DNA of 64,000 nt from Perna viridis. Lineage: Eukaryota. The DNA is taken from assembly GCA_037379345.1 (NCBI GenBank), contig CM074519.1, positions 19,246,103-19,310,102 on the forward strand. The letters are read 5' to 3'. The translations under genes were made by a program, and so were the position numbers. Below, in pieces: positions 63,546 to 64,000 of the stretch (positions within the stretch are counted from its first letter, which is position 1; the number at the start of each line of letters is the position of its first letter). The notes below the pieces were generated by a model. That model was not told the DNA's origin. It searched no databases and was given only the letters and a program-made list of their open reading frames with translations.

Positions 63546-63713
63546 ATGGCTTTATTCGTTGTTATTATCGTTAGTCTGTTTTGCTCTTGTTTTGGCGTGC
63601 CGTTCCAGCATGACATCGATTATCAGCATCCGGATAGCGGTGAGCGCGTCCGTCTGAAAAGTATTGGACAACTAAAGGAGACGGTCGACTTAGACAGAAT
63701 CAATGGTATTAAG
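63546..63713 (+). CDS. First coding exon of an unidentified secreted protein; gene continues beyond the window
   Basis: MALFVVIIVSLFCSCFG signal peptide followed by VPFQHDIDYQHPDSGERVRLKSIGQLKETVDLDRINGIK. An acceptor AG lies directly before the ATG, with a candidate 5'UTR intron 63445-63545. Donor AAG|GTTAGT at 63714, phase 0. Confidence 0.7.
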
Positions 63714-64000
63714 GTTAGTAAGAACATTGTGAATACTTCCTTGTGAAATAGACTGTAAACGTGAAAATTGTAGTTTGAGATCATTTTTAACTTTATATAA
63801 ATTCTCGTACACGAAGTATCCGCGAAAATATCCGTAATGTGTTTATATTAAGAAATTAAGATGTCTGACTTCTTTTGACAATTTCGTTTGTTTTAAAACA
63901 AATTTGATTTGCGACTGTTAAATTTCTAAACATTGTTCATTTTAAATTATCCCTTGATGTTGGATTTAACCAGGACGAGAAATGCTGATATGTACAAAAA

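Overview
AT-rich, intron-rich animal genomic DNA, most likely a bivalve mollusc and probably an oyster (inferred from the repeat families and protein types). It is a scaffolded draft with one N gap at 36456-36597. I found no rRNA, tRNA or CRISPR array. The window holds four host loci. (1) An intact three-exon minus-strand gene (6354-11186, about 633 aa) encoding signal peptide + coiled coil + IgGFc-binding-protein N-terminal (FCGBP-N) domain. (2) A head-to-head, pseudogenised paralog on the plus strand (15420-21081). (3) A roughly 30-kb, about 19-exon minus-strand gene (24719 to about 54763) for an uncharacterised secreted protein of about 3,200 aa, with N-terminal Cys-rich/EGF-like modules and many FN3/Ig-like repeats. 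It carries two in-frame stops, two frameshifts and a probable broken acceptor. (4) The first coding exon of a secreted protein at the right edge (63546 onward). The rest is transposon debris: a Mag-like Gypsy LTR element with TSD, many Penelope-like (Naiad-type) fragments, I-group and CR1-like LINE fragments, a SINE with a 13-bp TSD, Helentron-type elements and several MITE families. The most unusual structure is an inverted copy of the FCGBP-N coding exon inside the gene's own first intron, which would fold the pre-mRNA into a long stem looping out a symmetric exon.
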